A DNA stretch of 64,000 nucleotides from Methanomassiliicoccales archaeon (GTDB taxonomy: Archaea; Thermoplasmatota; Thermoplasmata; Methanomassiliicoccales; UBA472). Shown one piece after another: positions 54,230-63,824 of the stretch. The stretch covers positions 843,957 to 907,956 of the forward strand of contig CP058896.1 of the NCBI GenBank assembly GCA_013415865.1, written 5' to 3'. The notes below the pieces were generated by a model that worked only from the letters and a program-made list of their open reading frames with translations, did not search any database and was not told where the DNA came from. Position numbers and translations under genes: made by a program. Position 1 is the stretch's first letter, and each line of letters begins with the position of its first letter.

Positions 54230-55204
54230 TTACAATGGGACCTTTGTCCCCGACCTCAGCGATTCCTGTGCCGCCTCGCAGACCTTGAGGTTCGCGACCG
54301 CGTCCTCTCCACCGACGAACGGCCTGGAATGACCTTCGGAAGCTGCAAGGAAATTCTCAAGCTCCTTCTTCAACGGTTCCTCCTTCCTAACAGAGATCCT
54401 TCTCACGTCATGTTCGATGAGTATCCTGAACATATCCCCGGGGTCGAGCTCGGGTATCCTCGTGGTCGAGATCTCAAGGCTCTGGTCGGTGTAGTCGAGC
54501 TGGACGAACCCTGTGCTGCAGGTGAAGGACATCTTCCTGACCTTCATCGGTGTGAGCCAGTTCACTTCGACGAAGGCCACCGCGCCATCTTCCATCTCAA
54601 GAAGAAGGTTCGCATAGTCCTCGAAGCCGGTCCCTTGATACCTGCCCCCAAGGGCATACACCGAACGGAACTCCGAGGCCGTGACGTACCTGATGACATC
54701 GATGTCGTGTATCCCCAGGTCCATGATGACGCCCACGTCCCTTATCCTCGAAGGGAATGAAGAGACCCTCCGGGAGGCAAGGGATATCACCCTCCCGAAC
54801 CGACCTTTGTCGATGGCCTCTTTGGCGACAGAGACCACCGGGTTGAACCGTTCTATGAAACCTGAGTAGAGGGTCACCCCCTCCTTCTCGGCCGCCTTGG
54901 TGAGCTCCTCGGCCTTTTTACTGTCACCGGTGAACGGTTTCTCGACGAGGAGTGACCTGCCTCTCCTGATGACCTTCATCGCCATCTCGTAGTGGAATGA
55001 GGTGGGGGTGCATATGCTGACGGCGTCGACCCTGTCCAACAGGTCGTCCAAGCTGTCGAAGGACCCGATGTTGAACCTCTGGGCGACCTTGACAGACTGG
55101 TCCTTGACCGCGTCATGGACCCCTATGAGGTCCGCTATCTCGGAATATACCCGTACGTGGTTCTGGCCCATCGAACCGACGCCGATGACCCCGACACGCA
55201 ACAT
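54230..55204 (-). CDS. Gfo/Idh/MocA NAD-dependent oxidoreductase (second WbpB-like paralogue)
   Basis: MLRVGVIGVGSMGQNH, LLVEKPF. Start at Met46 of ORF 54230-55339. Confidence 0.82.
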   Translation of the reverse strand: MLRVGVIGVGSMGQNHVRVYSEIADLIGVHDAVKDQSVKVAQRFNIGSFDSLDDLLDRVDAVSICTPTSFHYEMAMKVIRRGRSLLVEKPFTGDSKKAEELTKAAEKEGVTLYSGFIERFNPVVSVAKEAIDKGRFGRVISLASRRVSSFPSRIRDVGVIMDLGIHDIDVIRYVTASEFRSVYALGGRYQGTGFEDYANLLLEMEDGAVAFVEVNWLTPMKVRKMSFTCSTGFVQLDYTDQSLEISTTRIPELDPGDMFRILIEHDVRRISVRKEEPLKKELENFLAASEGHSRPFVGGEDAVANLKVCEAAQESLRSGTKVPL

Positions 55205-55287
55205 GTCCTGGTCATTCCTTGGAGGGATATTAATCGTTCGGAGTTTTTCTAAGGAAGGAATAAATCGGTCCGACGCTGTTGCCGGAT

Positions 55288-55467
55288 ATGATGAAGCGCG
55301 ACCTCCTCGATATCTTGGCCTGCCCGGTCTGCAGATCATATCCGTTGGGGCTAGAGGTTGAAGAGGCGGACGGTGATGAGGTCGTCAGGGGTTCTCTTAT
55401 CTGCCCTGGCTGCAAGGCCATCTATCCGATCGAGGGGTCTATACCCAACATGATCCCGAAGAAATGA
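55288..55467 (+). CDS. Trm112-like zinc-ribbon protein (UPF0434)
   Basis: LLDILACPVC...LICPGCKAIYPIEGSIPNM. Confidence 0.8.
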   Translation: MMKRDLLDILACPVCRSYPLGLEVEEADGDEVVRGSLICPGCKAIYPIEGSIPNMIPKK

Positions 55468-55470
55468 GGA

Positions 55471-56628
55471 TCATAGGGAGGCCATCGCCCTCTTTATCCT
55501 CTCCATTCCCTCGATGATGTCCTTCCTGCTAGCCGCATACGAGACCCTTATATGGCCTTCGCCCGATGGCCCAAACGCGCTTCCAGGCGTGACCGCGACA
55601 TGCGCCTTCTCGAGGAGCAATGCGGCGAGGTCCTCAGATGGCATTCCCTTATCGTACGACGGGAATAGATAGAACGCCCCTTTAGGTCTAGGGCAGCTCA
55701 AGGACGGTATCTCCTGCATCAGGTCATAGATGAGGTCCCTTCTCGCCTTGAACTCCTTCTTCATCTCCTCCACCGCGGTCTGCGGGCCCTTCAACGCCTC
55801 GACGCCTGCCTTTTGAACAAAGGAGGTGGCGCAGGTTATCGATTGTGTCTGAAGTTTGTTGAGCTCCTTGAAGATAGGGGGTGGCGCTATGGCCCAACCG
55901 AGCCTCCAACCTGTCATCGCATAGGTCTTTGAAAAGCCACCCAGAGTCACCGTCCTCTCGAACATCCCTTCCAAAGATGATATCGAGATGTGCTCACCCT
56001 CAAAGACCAGTTTCTCGTAGATCTCATCGGATATCACATAGAGGTCATGGTCCTTGGCTATGTCCGCCACACCTTTGATGTCCTCCTTGGACATCACCGC
56101 ACCGCAAGGGTTCGATGGGGTGTTGATCACAACCAACCTCGTTTTTCTGGTGAGCGATTCCATCAGTCTCTCGGGCGTGAGAGTGAACCCCTCATCCTGG
56201 CCCAGCCTGACGTAATTGACCTTTCCGCCTGCCAATCTGGCACAGGCATCGAAGGTCCCCCATTCAGGGTCGGGTATGGCGACCTCGTCCCCTTCATCAA
56301 CGAGGGCCAGCATCGTCATGAATATCGCCTGCTTCGTTGGCGTCACAAGAACGTTCGCGTCCTCGCACGGGATGCCGTTGTTTGCCCTTAGCATGCTTGC
56401 TATGGCCACCCTGAGCTCGGGTATGCCCGCTGAAGGGGTATAATATGTGAAGTGGTCCCTCAGAGAGACTATGCAGGCCTCGGTTATGTTGTCAGGTGTC
56501 GTGAAGTCAGGCTCTCCCATCGAGAACGAGATCATGTCCTTGACCCCCTCCTGTCTGAGCTTGCTGACGACGTTGGCGATCTTCACGGTCCCTGACTCGG
56601 GCACATTCCCCATCCTTCGAGCTACCAT
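55471..56628 (-). CDS. class I/II PLP aminotransferase (aspartate aminotransferase-like)
   Basis: SFSMGEPDFTTP, NPCGAV, GFSKTYAMTGWRLGW (PLP lysine), RVSYA. Confidence 0.9.
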   Translation of the reverse strand: MVARRMGNVPESGTVKIANVVSKLRQEGVKDMISFSMGEPDFTTPDNITEACIVSLRDHFTYYTPSAGIPELRVAIASMLRANNGIPCEDANVLVTPTKQAIFMTMLALVDEGDEVAIPDPEWGTFDACARLAGGKVNYVRLGQDEGFTLTPERLMESLTRKTRLVVINTPSNPCGAVMSKEDIKGVADIAKDHDLYVISDEIYEKLVFEGEHISISSLEGMFERTVTLGGFSKTYAMTGWRLGWAIAPPPIFKELNKLQTQSITCATSFVQKAGVEALKGPQTAVEEMKKEFKARRDLIYDLMQEIPSLSCPRPKGAFYLFPSYDKGMPSEDLAALLLEKAHVAVTPGSAFGPSGEGHIRVSYAASRKDIIEGMERIKRAMASL

Positions 56629-56750
56629 CGATGCGTGCTAACGTGTATGGTATCTTTATTCCTTTTCATGTGCCAACAGGGCACGGCCGGGGTTTTTCCA
56701 TGTACATTATTGTTTAATTATCTACTATTTTGTTCATTTGGTTAGAAATA

Positions 56751-56759
56751 CTTTTATAA
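56751..56759 (+). promoter_or_regulatory. putative TATA box for pdxS
   Basis: cttttataa lies about 38 nt upstream of ATG 56793, with SD-like ggtgagagg in between. Confidence 0.4.
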
Positions 56760-56792
56760 CAAACTTCCGCTAAACGCGACCGGTGAGAGGCA

Positions 56793-57701
56793 ATGGTTTT
56801 CGAATTGGACCTTACCAAGCTCCGGTACGGAACAGAACTTGTGAAAAGAGGATTTGCCAAGATGCAGCAGGGGGGCGTCGTAATGGACGTAACCAATGCG
56901 GAGCAGGCGGGCATCGCTGAGGATGCCGGAGCTGTGGCGGTCATGGCGCTGGAGCGCGTTCCGGCGGACATACGCGCACAGGGGGGCGTCGCCCGGATGG
57001 CTGACCCTAAGAAGATCAAGGAGATAATGGATGCAGTCACGATACCGGTCATGGCAAAGTGCAGGATAGGTCATTTTGTGGAGGCCCAGGTGCTGGAGGC
57101 GCTGGGCGTCGACATGATAGATGAGTCGGAGGTGCTCACTCCGGCAGATCCGTTCTTCCATGTCAACAAGAGCAAGTTCACGGTCCCGTTCGTCTGCGGG
57201 GCCAGGGACCTTGGGGAGGCGCTGAGGCGTATCGATGAAGGAGCCGCGATGATAAGGACGAAGGGAGAGCCTGGCACCGGTAACATCATCGAGGCCGTGA
57301 GGCATCAGAGGATGGTGATGGGAGCGATACGCGAGCTGAAGGGAAAGGATCGTGAGGAGCTCGTCGCGGTAGCACGTAAGATCGAGGCGCCCATCTATCT
57401 CGTCGAGGAGGTGGCAAAGCTGCAAAGGCTGCCAGTGATCAACTTCGCGGCAGGTGGTGTGGCGACGCCTGCGGATGCGGCCCTGATGATGCAGCTGGGG
57501 AGCGACGGCGTCTTCGTAGGGTCCGGGATATTCAAGTCCGACAATCCAAAGGCTAGGGCAAAGGCCATTGTCGACGCTGTCACCAACTTTGATGACCCTC
57601 ATGTCATCGCGGAGATATCCAAGGGGCTCGGCGAGGCCATGCATGGCATCGAGATCGCTACGATCCCTGAACAACAGAGGATGCAGGAGCGCGGTTGGTA
57701 A
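56793..57701 (+). CDS. pdxS: pyridoxal 5'-phosphate synthase lyase subunit PdxS
   Basis: [42 protein letters not shown], and [10 protein letters not shown]. No pdxT adjacent. Confidence 0.97.
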   Translation: MVFELDLTKLRYGTELVKRGFAKMQQGGVVMDVTNAEQAGIAEDAGAVAVMALERVPADIRAQGGVARMADPKKIKEIMDAVTIPVMAKCRIGHFVEAQVLEALGVDMIDESEVLTPADPFFHVNKSKFTVPFVCGARDLGEALRRIDEGAAMIRTKGEPGTGNIIEAVRHQRMVMGAIRELKGKDREELVAVARKIEAPIYLVEEVAKLQRLPVINFAAGGVATPADAALMMQLGSDGVFVGSGIFKSDNPKARAKAIVDAVTNFDDPHVIAEISKGLGEAMHGIEIATIPEQQRMQERGW

Positions 57702-57750
57702 TCAACATATGTCCTGTTCCTTTCAGATGACAGGACCTACTTCCCCTTTT

Positions 57751-58410
57751 TCATTTAGGAAGGCACCGGAGTATCTCGGCCGTCACCGCGTTGATGTTGA
57801 GCCATTCTGACCCCAGGGTGACCGCAATGTCGGCAAGGTCGTAGGCAGGGCTCTTATACTCCCCCTCGGGGAACCCACCGAACATTATCGCCGCTGTCTT
57901 CGATTCATAGCCCTTGAGGAGGCTCTCAAGTCCCTTTATCTCGCCGTGGGGCGACATCACAACGTTCAGGTCTGCCCCGATGCTTGTGAGAAGGTCCTCG
58001 AGACCTGATACGCTCTCTATCGTTATCGTCTCGTCGCCAGACCCTACGTGCCCATTTGAATAGAGCTGCCCCAGCATGTGCAGGAACTCGAAATAGTTCT
58101 GCGGGACATAAGCTCTCCTTCCGAACCTTATGACCTCGTCGTTCCTAGTGTGCACGATGACGTCGATATAGCCTCTTCTGTATGCGAGAGAGCTTATGCA
58201 CAGTGAAAGGGCATGGTGCACTATGTCCGGCCTTCCCCTCCGGGTCCCTCCCGACATGTATCTGAGGACGTCCGCATGCAGCCAAGAGTCGAGTATGACC
58301 TCCCCTTGGCCGAAGATCGTGTCGGAGGTCGCCCTGAACCTTGCGCCCTTGGCCTTCTCCCTGGGCAATGTCTCTATTTCTGAATCGATGATAAGTATTG
58401 TCGCCCTCAT
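57751..58410 (-). CDS. nep1: rRNA small-subunit pseudouridine methyltransferase Nep1/Emg1
   Basis: GRPDIVHHALSLCISS within a SPOUT-fold-length protein. ATGA overlap with the purP stop. Confidence 0.85.
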   Translation of the reverse strand: MRATILIIDSEIETLPREKAKGARFRATSDTIFGQGEVILDSWLHADVLRYMSGGTRRGRPDIVHHALSLCISSLAYRRGYIDVIVHTRNDEVIRFGRRAYVPQNYFEFLHMLGQLYSNGHVGSGDETITIESVSGLEDLLTSIGADLNVVMSPHGEIKGLESLLKGYESKTAAIMFGGFPEGEYKSPAYDLADIAVTLGSEWLNINAVTAEILRCLPK

Positions 58411-59477
58411 GAGACCACCAGGTCTATCAGGTCCTTCTGTAATGCAACCTTGATCTCCCTCGAGATCCTGCGGCCAGTGCTCATGCCGGGTTCGACCAGG
58501 TCCGCATAGGGAGAGCCAGAAACGAACGGGTTGGAGCCGGCAACTATCCTGGAGGATATCTCAAAGACCTTGAACTCGAGCTTGTCGGTGACTATCGTCT
58601 CAAGACAGAACGGCCCTATCATGCCGCCAAAGAGCTGTTCGGACCTCTCGACGACCTTCTCGCCCATCTCAAAGACCTTGGGCAGAAGGCTCTCCCTTAT
58701 CACGACCGGGACGTTGCCTGTCACTACGAAGGTGGGGAAGTAGCCGAGCTTCTTAAGTTCCTCCGCCGCCCCGAGCTTGTACATCTCGTCTATGTTGCTC
58801 TCGTCCCTGCGGTCCATGGACATGAGCTCGATGCAACCATCGCTGACGCGGTAACCATCCTTTTTTATTGGCGAATAGAAGTAATGCAGATAATATCTGG
58901 TCCCGAGGATGTATTCCTGGATGGTGAAAGGCTGCTCCATGTCGATCCCCATCTTGAAGTCCATATAGTCCTTGGCTATAAAGAACCCCCTCCCCCCCTT
59001 GGCCCCCCAGTACTTGACAAGGACAGGGCGGTCGATGGACTTGGGGTCCTCGATGACGCGTGGCATGTCGATGCCGGCCGACTCTATCCATTCCCTCATC
59101 TTGCCACGGTCGGACTCCCAACCCAGGACCCTCCTGTTACCAAAGGTGGGGATAGGCATATCCTCGAACTTGCTGGTGCCCATATACTCGACGAAGGAAC
59201 CATGGGGCACGATGATGATGTTCCTGGCGAGGAAGTCGTCCGCCTTATCAATGAGGTCCGTGTAGGATTCCAGTTTTATTATCTCGTCCGGCTTTGCGAG
59301 CGGGAAAGCGTCATAATGCCTGTTGTTAGGCCTGACCGCCAGACCGAGCGTCCTGAAACCTTCCTGCTTGGCCCCGTGAAAGATCTGAAGCGAGGAATGA
59401 GAACAGAGCGTGGCAATCGTGATCTTGTCCTTTTCATACTCGGACAGGACCTTTGAGATCTTACTCTTCGGAACCAT
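58407..59477 (-). CDS. purP: FAICAR synthetase PurP (5-formaminoimidazole-4-carboxamide ribotide synthetase)
   Basis: ITIATLCSHSSLQIFHGAKQEGFRTLGL and an ATP-grasp C-terminal half. Confidence 0.9.
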   Translation of the reverse strand: MVPKSKISKVLSEYEKDKITIATLCSHSSLQIFHGAKQEGFRTLGLAVRPNNRHYDAFPLAKPDEIIKLESYTDLIDKADDFLARNIIIVPHGSFVEYMGTSKFEDMPIPTFGNRRVLGWESDRGKMREWIESAGIDMPRVIEDPKSIDRPVLVKYWGAKGGRGFFIAKDYMDFKMGIDMEQPFTIQEYILGTRYYLHYFYSPIKKDGYRVSDGCIELMSMDRRDESNIDEMYKLGAAEELKKLGYFPTFVVTGNVPVVIRESLLPKVFEMGEKVVERSEQLFGGMIGPFCLETIVTDKLEFKVFEISSRIVAGSNPFVSGSPYADLVEPGMSTGRRISREIKVALQKDLIDLVVS

Positions 59478-59554
59478 TATTGTAGAATTTGTATTGGTCT
59501 AATAAATGTTTCCAAGGACCTACAAAGAAACTATATGTCTTAATGGCCGTTAAA

Positions 59555-60055
59555 TCATACCAATTTATAACCTAGCCATTCAAAGAACGCCCAGACGATG
59601 ACCACTCGTGTGATCCCTGCAAAAAAATTCACGATCACGAACTTCCGGACCTCGAGGGTCGTACCTTCCTTATTGAACAAAGAGAAGACGTATAGAACGG
59701 CGGTATCGCTCATCAGGGGAACGCTCAGGAGCAGGTACATGCCAACATATTTGAGCTTGGACACGAACCATTCTGAAAACCTCACCACCAGCCCGAAGAA
59801 CTTCCATTTGACCGACCATTTTCTCACGAACGCCTCGATCTCGTACCCGATGTAGAAGACGATCATGCTGCCGACGGCCTTTCCTGCGCCAAGGGCCAAT
59901 GCTTTGACGACCAGCGGGGTGTTCGAACCCCCGAACAGCACTATCTCGACGGGTATGGGCAGGAACACCGCCGCTGCGACGGCATATAGGAACAGCAAGA
60001 TGGGGTAGAGGATCACGTCCCCCTCCATCTGCGAAAGGAAGTCCATCAGGCCCAT
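59555..60055 (-). CDS. DedA/VTT (SNARE-associated) family membrane protein
   Basis: AVFLPIPVEIVLFGGS and about 4-5 TM segments. Confidence 0.6.
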   Translation of the reverse strand: MGLMDFLSQMEGDVILYPILLFLYAVAAAVFLPIPVEIVLFGGSNTPLVVKALALGAGKAVGSMIVFYIGYEIEAFVRKWSVKWKFFGLVVRFSEWFVSKLKYVGMYLLLSVPLMSDTAVLYVFSLFNKEGTTLEVRKFVIVNFFAGITRVVIVWAFFEWLGYKLV

Positions 60056-60102
60056 TGTGGGGCATATGGCGACCTTGATAATAAATACAATACCACCTAC
60101 AG

Positions 60103-60810
60103 ATGACTCCCAAGGCTCTCGTGAAATGGATTTGGCCAGATTCTAGGATATCTATTTATTTACGTAGTCTTATTATCCGGCGGGGGATATATTTGGCTCC
60201 TGAGAAATCTGGTAAGGACGACTGGTTCAGCAAGCTCGATGCAGAGCTCGAGAAGAAGACGATGGCCGTGTCCCGCGACCGTGACGAGCTCCATATGCAG
60301 AAGACCAGGATCAACAAGATGCTCATCGAGGATTTCTGGAACATCCTCAACCGTTTCGGCAAGATCGGCGTGAACATGACCATGGAGCCGACCTATAGCA
60401 CTTTCTTCGCCTTCGAGAAGGACACGTTCCCGGAGAAATGGTCGTTCAGACCGGATGTGGATTTCGATCTCGTGAACAACCTTCAGCTCATCGACCGCTC
60501 ACAGGTCCAGGGACGTATGGGGGATTCGCTCAAGGTTTGGCATTACTCGGCCGAAGCGACCCCTCGTGTCCGCATAGTCTTTGACTACTGCGAGGGCGAG
60601 CACTATTACAAATATGCTGGCTGGAAGCGCATATTCGGACAGTTCGTCCTTTATGACTCGGAGCTGGCCACCGCAGACCCTGACAGGGTCCATGAGATAT
60701 TGAGGGATGTCATAGTGGCATGGTACGAGTCCCATCTCCGGAACAACAGGGACATATTGATCAGCCATCTTAAGGAGAACTACGAGAAGGGAGAGACCTT
60801 CACAGAATGA
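60103..60810 (+). CDS. hypothetical protein
   Basis: No family recognised. True start is probably downstream (in-frame TTG 60193 after the A/T-rich tatctatttattta, or ATG 60262). Confidence 0.5.
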   Translation: MTPKALVKWIWPDSRISIYLRSLIIRRGIYLAPEKSGKDDWFSKLDAELEKKTMAVSRDRDELHMQKTRINKMLIEDFWNILNRFGKIGVNMTMEPTYSTFFAFEKDTFPEKWSFRPDVDFDLVNNLQLIDRSQVQGRMGDSLKVWHYSAEATPRVRIVFDYCEGEHYYKYAGWKRIFGQFVLYDSELATADPDRVHEILRDVIVAWYESHLRNNRDILISHLKENYEKGETFTE

Positions 60811-60938
60811 TCTCTTAAACCTATTCCGCCATCCCCCGGCCGGGCCTTGTCCTTCTACTTTCGCTGAACCCTTGAATAGTTCATTTAAGGGGTATTTTGA
60901 TATCTTCCTGCCGAACTGCCTATGGCAGGAGGGATTTC

Positions 60939-62273
60939 ATGGACAAGAACGAGATCGCACCCCATGTAAAGGAGATCGCCAGGGTGCTGGAAGGAAAAGT
61001 GGAAGAATCGAAGATCGAGGAAGAGCTTGAGAATTATCTGAACGTCTACCGTGTCTCTCTGGACACGGCGAAGAGGAGCGTCGTCAAGAGCTTCGGCGGT
61101 GACCCGAACGCCCTGGGCAAAGAGGCTCCCAGGAAGATCGCCGACATCAAGGGCGGTGAGGCGTCGGTCGACATCCTCGCCAAGGTCGTCACTGTGAACC
61201 CTAAGGAGATCCCTGGCACTGATGGAAAGCCGGCTAAGCAGATCGTCTACGGGATAGTCGCCGACGACACTGGTTCGATGTCATACACGGCATGGGACCC
61301 TTCCAGGTTCCAGGCAAGGCCGGGCGATGTCGTGCTGATCAAGAATGGATACACCCGCGAGTACAACGGAAGGGTGGACCTGAACCTCGGGAGCAGGGCG
61401 ATAGTGGAGCAGAGGCCGAAGGATGATATGCAGGGTGGCGAAATGTCCATACGCTCTTCCTACAGCGCAGGACCTGTCAAGGTCTGCGAGCTTTCAGACG
61501 GGATGAACAATGTGACGGTCTCGGGCCGGATCTTGTCGGTGGAGAGGCGGGAGGTCCCAACGGAGGATGGACCTAAGGTCGTTTTCTCAGGCATCTTGGA
61601 AGATGATACGGGCCGCGTGCAGTACTCAGCATGGCATGATTTCGATCTCAAGCCGAACGAGGTCGTGAAGATCACCAATGGTTATGTCAAATCTTGGAAG
61701 GGGGTCCCCAAGCTGAACTTCGGTGAGAAGGCCACGGTCAACAGGCTCAGGATAGAGGATCTCCCAGAATTAAACAGGGGAAAACCAAAGCCAAGGACCA
61801 TAATGGACATCGAGAAGGTAGGTGGAGCGACCGACGCTGTGGTCGAGGGTACGATTGTGGACGTCAGGGAAGGTTCCGGACTGCTCAAGAGATGCCCTCA
61901 GTGCAAGAGGGTGGTCCAAAAAGGGGCCTGCCTTCTCCATGGCAAGGTCAATGGAACAGATGATCTCAGGACCAAGGCGGTCCTGGATGATGGGGAGGCA
62001 TCGATGGCGGTCATATTCAACCGTGCGGTGACCGAGTCCGTCCTGGGTTTGACCTTGGAGGATTGCAAACGCAGGGCCCAAGAGGCGATGACGACGGACG
62101 TGATCAAGGAGATGATCGAGGAAAAGATCTTGGCCATGCCGATGAGCGTCAGAGGGAACGTTCTGAAGGACGATTACGGTCTCATGATGATAGTCAGCGA
62201 GGCGAGCTTCGTCAATGTGGACGTGAAGGAGGAAGCGACCAAGCTCCTTACGAAGTTGGAGGGGTTCCAATGA
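60939..62273 (+). CDS. rpa1: replication protein A large subunit (three OB folds, zinc motif)
   Basis: Repeated OB-fold blocks (GIVADDTGSMSYTAW; GILEDDTGRVQYSAW; AVLDDGEASMAVIF) and CPQCKRVVQKGACLLHG. Start at MDKNEI (Met15 of the ORF). Confidence 0.85.
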   Translation: MDKNEIAPHVKEIARVLEGKVEESKIEEELENYLNVYRVSLDTAKRSVVKSFGGDPNALGKEAPRKIADIKGGEASVDILAKVVTVNPKEIPGTDGKPAKQIVYGIVADDTGSMSYTAWDPSRFQARPGDVVLIKNGYTREYNGRVDLNLGSRAIVEQRPKDDMQGGEMSIRSSYSAGPVKVCELSDGMNNVTVSGRILSVERREVPTEDGPKVVFSGILEDDTGRVQYSAWHDFDLKPNEVVKITNGYVKSWKGVPKLNFGEKATVNRLRIEDLPELNRGKPKPRTIMDIEKVGGATDAVVEGTIVDVREGSGLLKRCPQCKRVVQKGACLLHGKVNGTDDLRTKAVLDDGEASMAVIFNRAVTESVLGLTLEDCKRRAQEAMTTDVIKEMIEEKILAMPMSVRGNVLKDDYGLMMIVSEASFVNVDVKEEATKLLTKLEGFQ

Positions 62274-63157
62274 TCTCAAGGGAGCTATCGTGGAGGGTCT
62301 TCGCTGTAGAGTTCAACTCCTCGAGGCTCGAGATAAAAGGCGAGGGCGACAAGGCCCCATCGCACCTGGTGACGCCTTTGGGTGCATCGATAAACCGACT
62401 TTTTGTGGTGGGCGTCCTCACCGACATAGATAACATAGGCTCGGAGGAGGAGCCTATGTGGCGTGCAAGGATACAGGACCCGACCGGTACTTTCTATCTT
62501 TCTTCCGGTCAGTATCAGCCAGAGGCCACCGCGGCACTGGCGAAGATCCAGCCTCCTAAGTTCGTTGCGGTCATTGGGAAGGTCCGAACCTACTCCCCCG
62601 AGGAGGGGACGATGTACGTTTCCATCAGGCCTGAGAAGGTGCGCGTCGTCGATGCAGTGACCAGGGACCTTTGGGTCCTTGACACGTGCAAGGCCACGCT
62701 CAATCGCATAGAGGCAATGGGGGAGGCGAAGGAGATGTCCAAGCCCACGGCCGAGGCGCTCGTCAAGCTGGGCTTCAGCCCGATACTGGCGGACGGCGTC
62801 ATCAAGGCCATGGAACATTACGGAGAGGTCGACCTTAAGCGTTACCAGGAGGCTGTCCTAGATGCCGTGAAGTACCTGCTGCCAGAGACCCAGGCTGGCC
62901 TCGCGGTCCATGAGGAGGTCCCGGACATACCGGAAGAGATCGAGGAGGAGACCGAGGAATCGGTCGACAAGGAAAAGACCGTTCTCCAGTTGGTCGAGAG
63001 CCTGGACAAGACGGGCAAGGGGGCCTCCTGGGACGATATCGTCAAGGAGGCAGAGAAGAAGAACATCGGGCGGGACGAGCTGGACGAGATAACCAACTCC
63101 TTGCTTGACAAAGGTCTTGTCTATGAGCCTGCCCTGGGCAGGATGAAGATCATCTGA
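62270..63157 (+). CDS. rpa2: replication protein A RPA32-like subunit (OB fold, acidic linker, C-terminal winged helix)
   Basis: ATGA overlap with rpa1. VVGVLTDIDNIG...ARIQDPTGTFYL OB fold, EEIEEETEE linker, C-terminal wH (WDDIVKEAEKKNIGRDELDEITNSLLDKGLVYEP). Confidence 0.8.
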   Translation: MISRELSWRVFAVEFNSSRLEIKGEGDKAPSHLVTPLGASINRLFVVGVLTDIDNIGSEEEPMWRARIQDPTGTFYLSSGQYQPEATAALAKIQPPKFVAVIGKVRTYSPEEGTMYVSIRPEKVRVVDAVTRDLWVLDTCKATLNRIEAMGEAKEMSKPTAEALVKLGFSPILADGVIKAMEHYGEVDLKRYQEAVLDAVKYLLPETQAGLAVHEEVPDIPEEIEEETEESVDKEKTVLQLVESLDKTGKGASWDDIVKEAEKKNIGRDELDEITNSLLDKGLVYEPALGRMKII

Positions 63158-63271
63158 ATGGAGCCCGCGGGGACCGTGCCTGGTCAGGCCATTCTCCCTG
63201 CATTTTCTCTTTTTTTAAGGAGTCGATGAAACTGTATTATAGTCAGATCTGTTTCATAAGATGCTGGAATA

Positions 63272-63745
63272 ATGAGCAAGATAAGGGATGAGCTTAAAAA
63301 TGAGCCGATAGTCCTGGCCCATCACCCGATGTGCGGAAGGTATGACGATCATTTCTTCATCATATCAGGGAGAAAGATATGCAGGGGATGTCTTACAGTG
63401 TATCCATCCGCCATTGCCGTTTTCCTGGTCTTGATGCTCCTGGGAATCGATGATTTCTGGACCCTTTTCGGAGCTGCTTTTGTCCTCTTCATGATAAACT
63501 CCCTAAGGATCTTGATTGACAGGTCAAAGGCCATGAACATCATCTTCAATATCATGCTCGGAACGATACTGGCCCTGACCATCCAGGCCATTTTGCATTG
63601 CCCAGATGAACTTAAGATCGTGATATACCCATTTGTGGTCCTATCTGCCTTTGCGTTCATGGGGATACGTGGTTGGAAGCTCCTTCTGAGCTGTAAAAAA
63701 TGTCCAGATTATCGAAATTTCCCTGCCTGTGCGAGAGGAAAATGA
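63272..63745 (+). CDS. Cys-rich membrane protein (DUF2085-like, tentative)
   Basis: HHPMCGRYDDHFFIISGRKICRGCL, then 4 TM segments and C-terminal CKKCPDYRNFPAC. Confidence 0.55.
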   Translation: MSKIRDELKNEPIVLAHHPMCGRYDDHFFIISGRKICRGCLTVYPSAIAVFLVLMLLGIDDFWTLFGAAFVLFMINSLRILIDRSKAMNIIFNIMLGTILALTIQAILHCPDELKIVIYPFVVLSAFAFMGIRGWKLLLSCKKCPDYRNFPACARGK

Positions 63746-63824
63746 GCTCGGATCAGGATCTGGAACCGATTTTATTAAATATTGAGCATTCCGCTGAATC
63801 CATAAAATTCCAAGGAGGGGGGTT

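Noticed and set aside
56754-57674. 306-aa minus-strand ORF antisense to pdxS (similar cases: 48065-49035 opposite serA, 14269-14987 opposite mtnA, 40702-41343 opposite GT2, 58884-59456 opposite purP)
   Set aside because: These are shadow ORFs opposite strongly conserved genes. The translations are R/H/L/P-rich with no recognisable domains.
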